DNA of 32,000 nucleotides from Zygophlyctis sp. KS116 (lineage: Eukaryota > Fungi > Chytridiomycota): assembly GCA_054661495.1 (NCBI GenBank), contig BAAFSQ010000079.1, positions 1-32,000 on the forward strand, read 5' to 3'. Under the pieces are notes generated by a model. That model was not told where the DNA came from. It was given only the letters and a program-made list of their open reading frames with translations, and made no database searches. The translations under genes and the position numbers were made by a program. Below, one piece after another: positions 31,331 to 32,000 of the stretch (its first letter is position 1; the number at the start of each line of letters is the position of its first letter).

Positions 31331-32000
31331 ATGTTTCAAAACAAAAAAATTATGAGCGATCATAGACTTGAGTTGATTAATGGGCATTTCAGCTCATATT
31401 TTGTTAATTCTGGTCTTCTATTCAAGATCAGAGCCGGTTTCTTGGCGATCAGTGCGGGAATGTTAATTTGGATTATTGCTTACAACTTTGTGGAAAACAA
31501 TCCTTCATTTACTGTAAAGTATTTTACAAACTTTTCTTGGATAGGAATGGTTCTGTACTTTGGGGTATTTTGCCTATTTTAATGCCGTAGATTATGATAT
31601 TTTTATCTTATCGTTTGGACAAGATGCAATCGATGGGTGATAGGAAGAAATATTGGACAGCGATCGGATTGGAAGGACTCGTTGCAATTACACAGACTGT
31701 AGTTTGGATGGTTGTTTTGGTTTATTGGATTTTGCTGGCCAAAGAACTTGCCGGCCTGTCATCAGTTCACCAAAAAGTTATTAATGTTATAGAACATTCA
31801 ATTGATTTATTTGTAATTGTATCTGAAATGGTGCTGACTAGATCATTGCTAAATTACTACTCTTTTATTTTTCCTTTAACAGTTGCATGGTTTTATACTT
31901 TCTGGACATGGATTTTTGTTTATTTTAATGTATTTTATCAGGTACTAACTTGAAAGATTTGGTCCTGGCCATATGGATTCTTTGAAAATGTTTTGAATCC
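31331..32000 (+). CDS. Tandem paralogue of the FAR-17a/AIG1-like membrane protein (3' end outside window)
   Basis: LFKIRA, YFTNFSW, VYWILL, EHSID and WPYGFF parallel the upstream gene. Introns 31565-31590 and 31930-31956, the latter with canonical TACTAAC at 31943-31949. Start is ATG 31331 or 31352. Confidence 0.72.

Noticed and set aside
1-32000. Transposon, endogenous virus or bacterial contamination
   Set aside because: I saw no transposase, reverse transcriptase, capsid or terminal-repeat signatures, and the bacterial-looking genes (ABC ATPase, histidine phosphatase, GH18) carry host-type micro-introns.

Overview
This is AT-rich, very compact eukaryotic DNA from a fungus, most likely a zoosporic or other early-diverging lineage (chytrid-like). 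That placement is inferred from a myosin-motor chitin synthase, a stand-alone ABC ATPase, an SSXT protein and tiny introns. I reconstruct 17 protein-coding genes and one tRNA-Glu(TTC): eIF2-alpha (partial), an Oca4-like pseudophosphatase, URB1/NPA1, BRAP2/ETP1, a myosin-motor chitin synthase, a GH18 chitinase, a solo ABC ATPase, an M28 aminopeptidase, two membrane-anchored tyrosinases, a histidine-phosphatase-like protein, CWC22, MPP-beta, an ACP5-like phosphatase, a DUF726/TMCO4 protein, an SS18-like protein and two FAR-17a/AIG1-like membrane proteins (the second partial). The fragmented ORF track is explained by about 40 GT-AG introns placed by hand, 39 of 24-33 nt and one of 79 nt. The best leads are: (i) a 12-mer repeat array filling the eIF2-alpha/OCA4 divergent spacer, which creates an ATF4/GCN4-like two-uORF leader in front of eIF2-alpha itself; (ii) an interlocked, possibly cell-wall-related block (chitin synthase overlapping a chitinase, chitinase 22 nt head-to-head with an ABC ATPase, then a peptidase and tyrosinases); (iii) ultra-short introns with one double-length outlier that may hide a poison microexon; (iv) antisense coding overlaps and near-abutting tandem genes. 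All gene models come from sequence and motif recognition only, with no database searches or RNA data.
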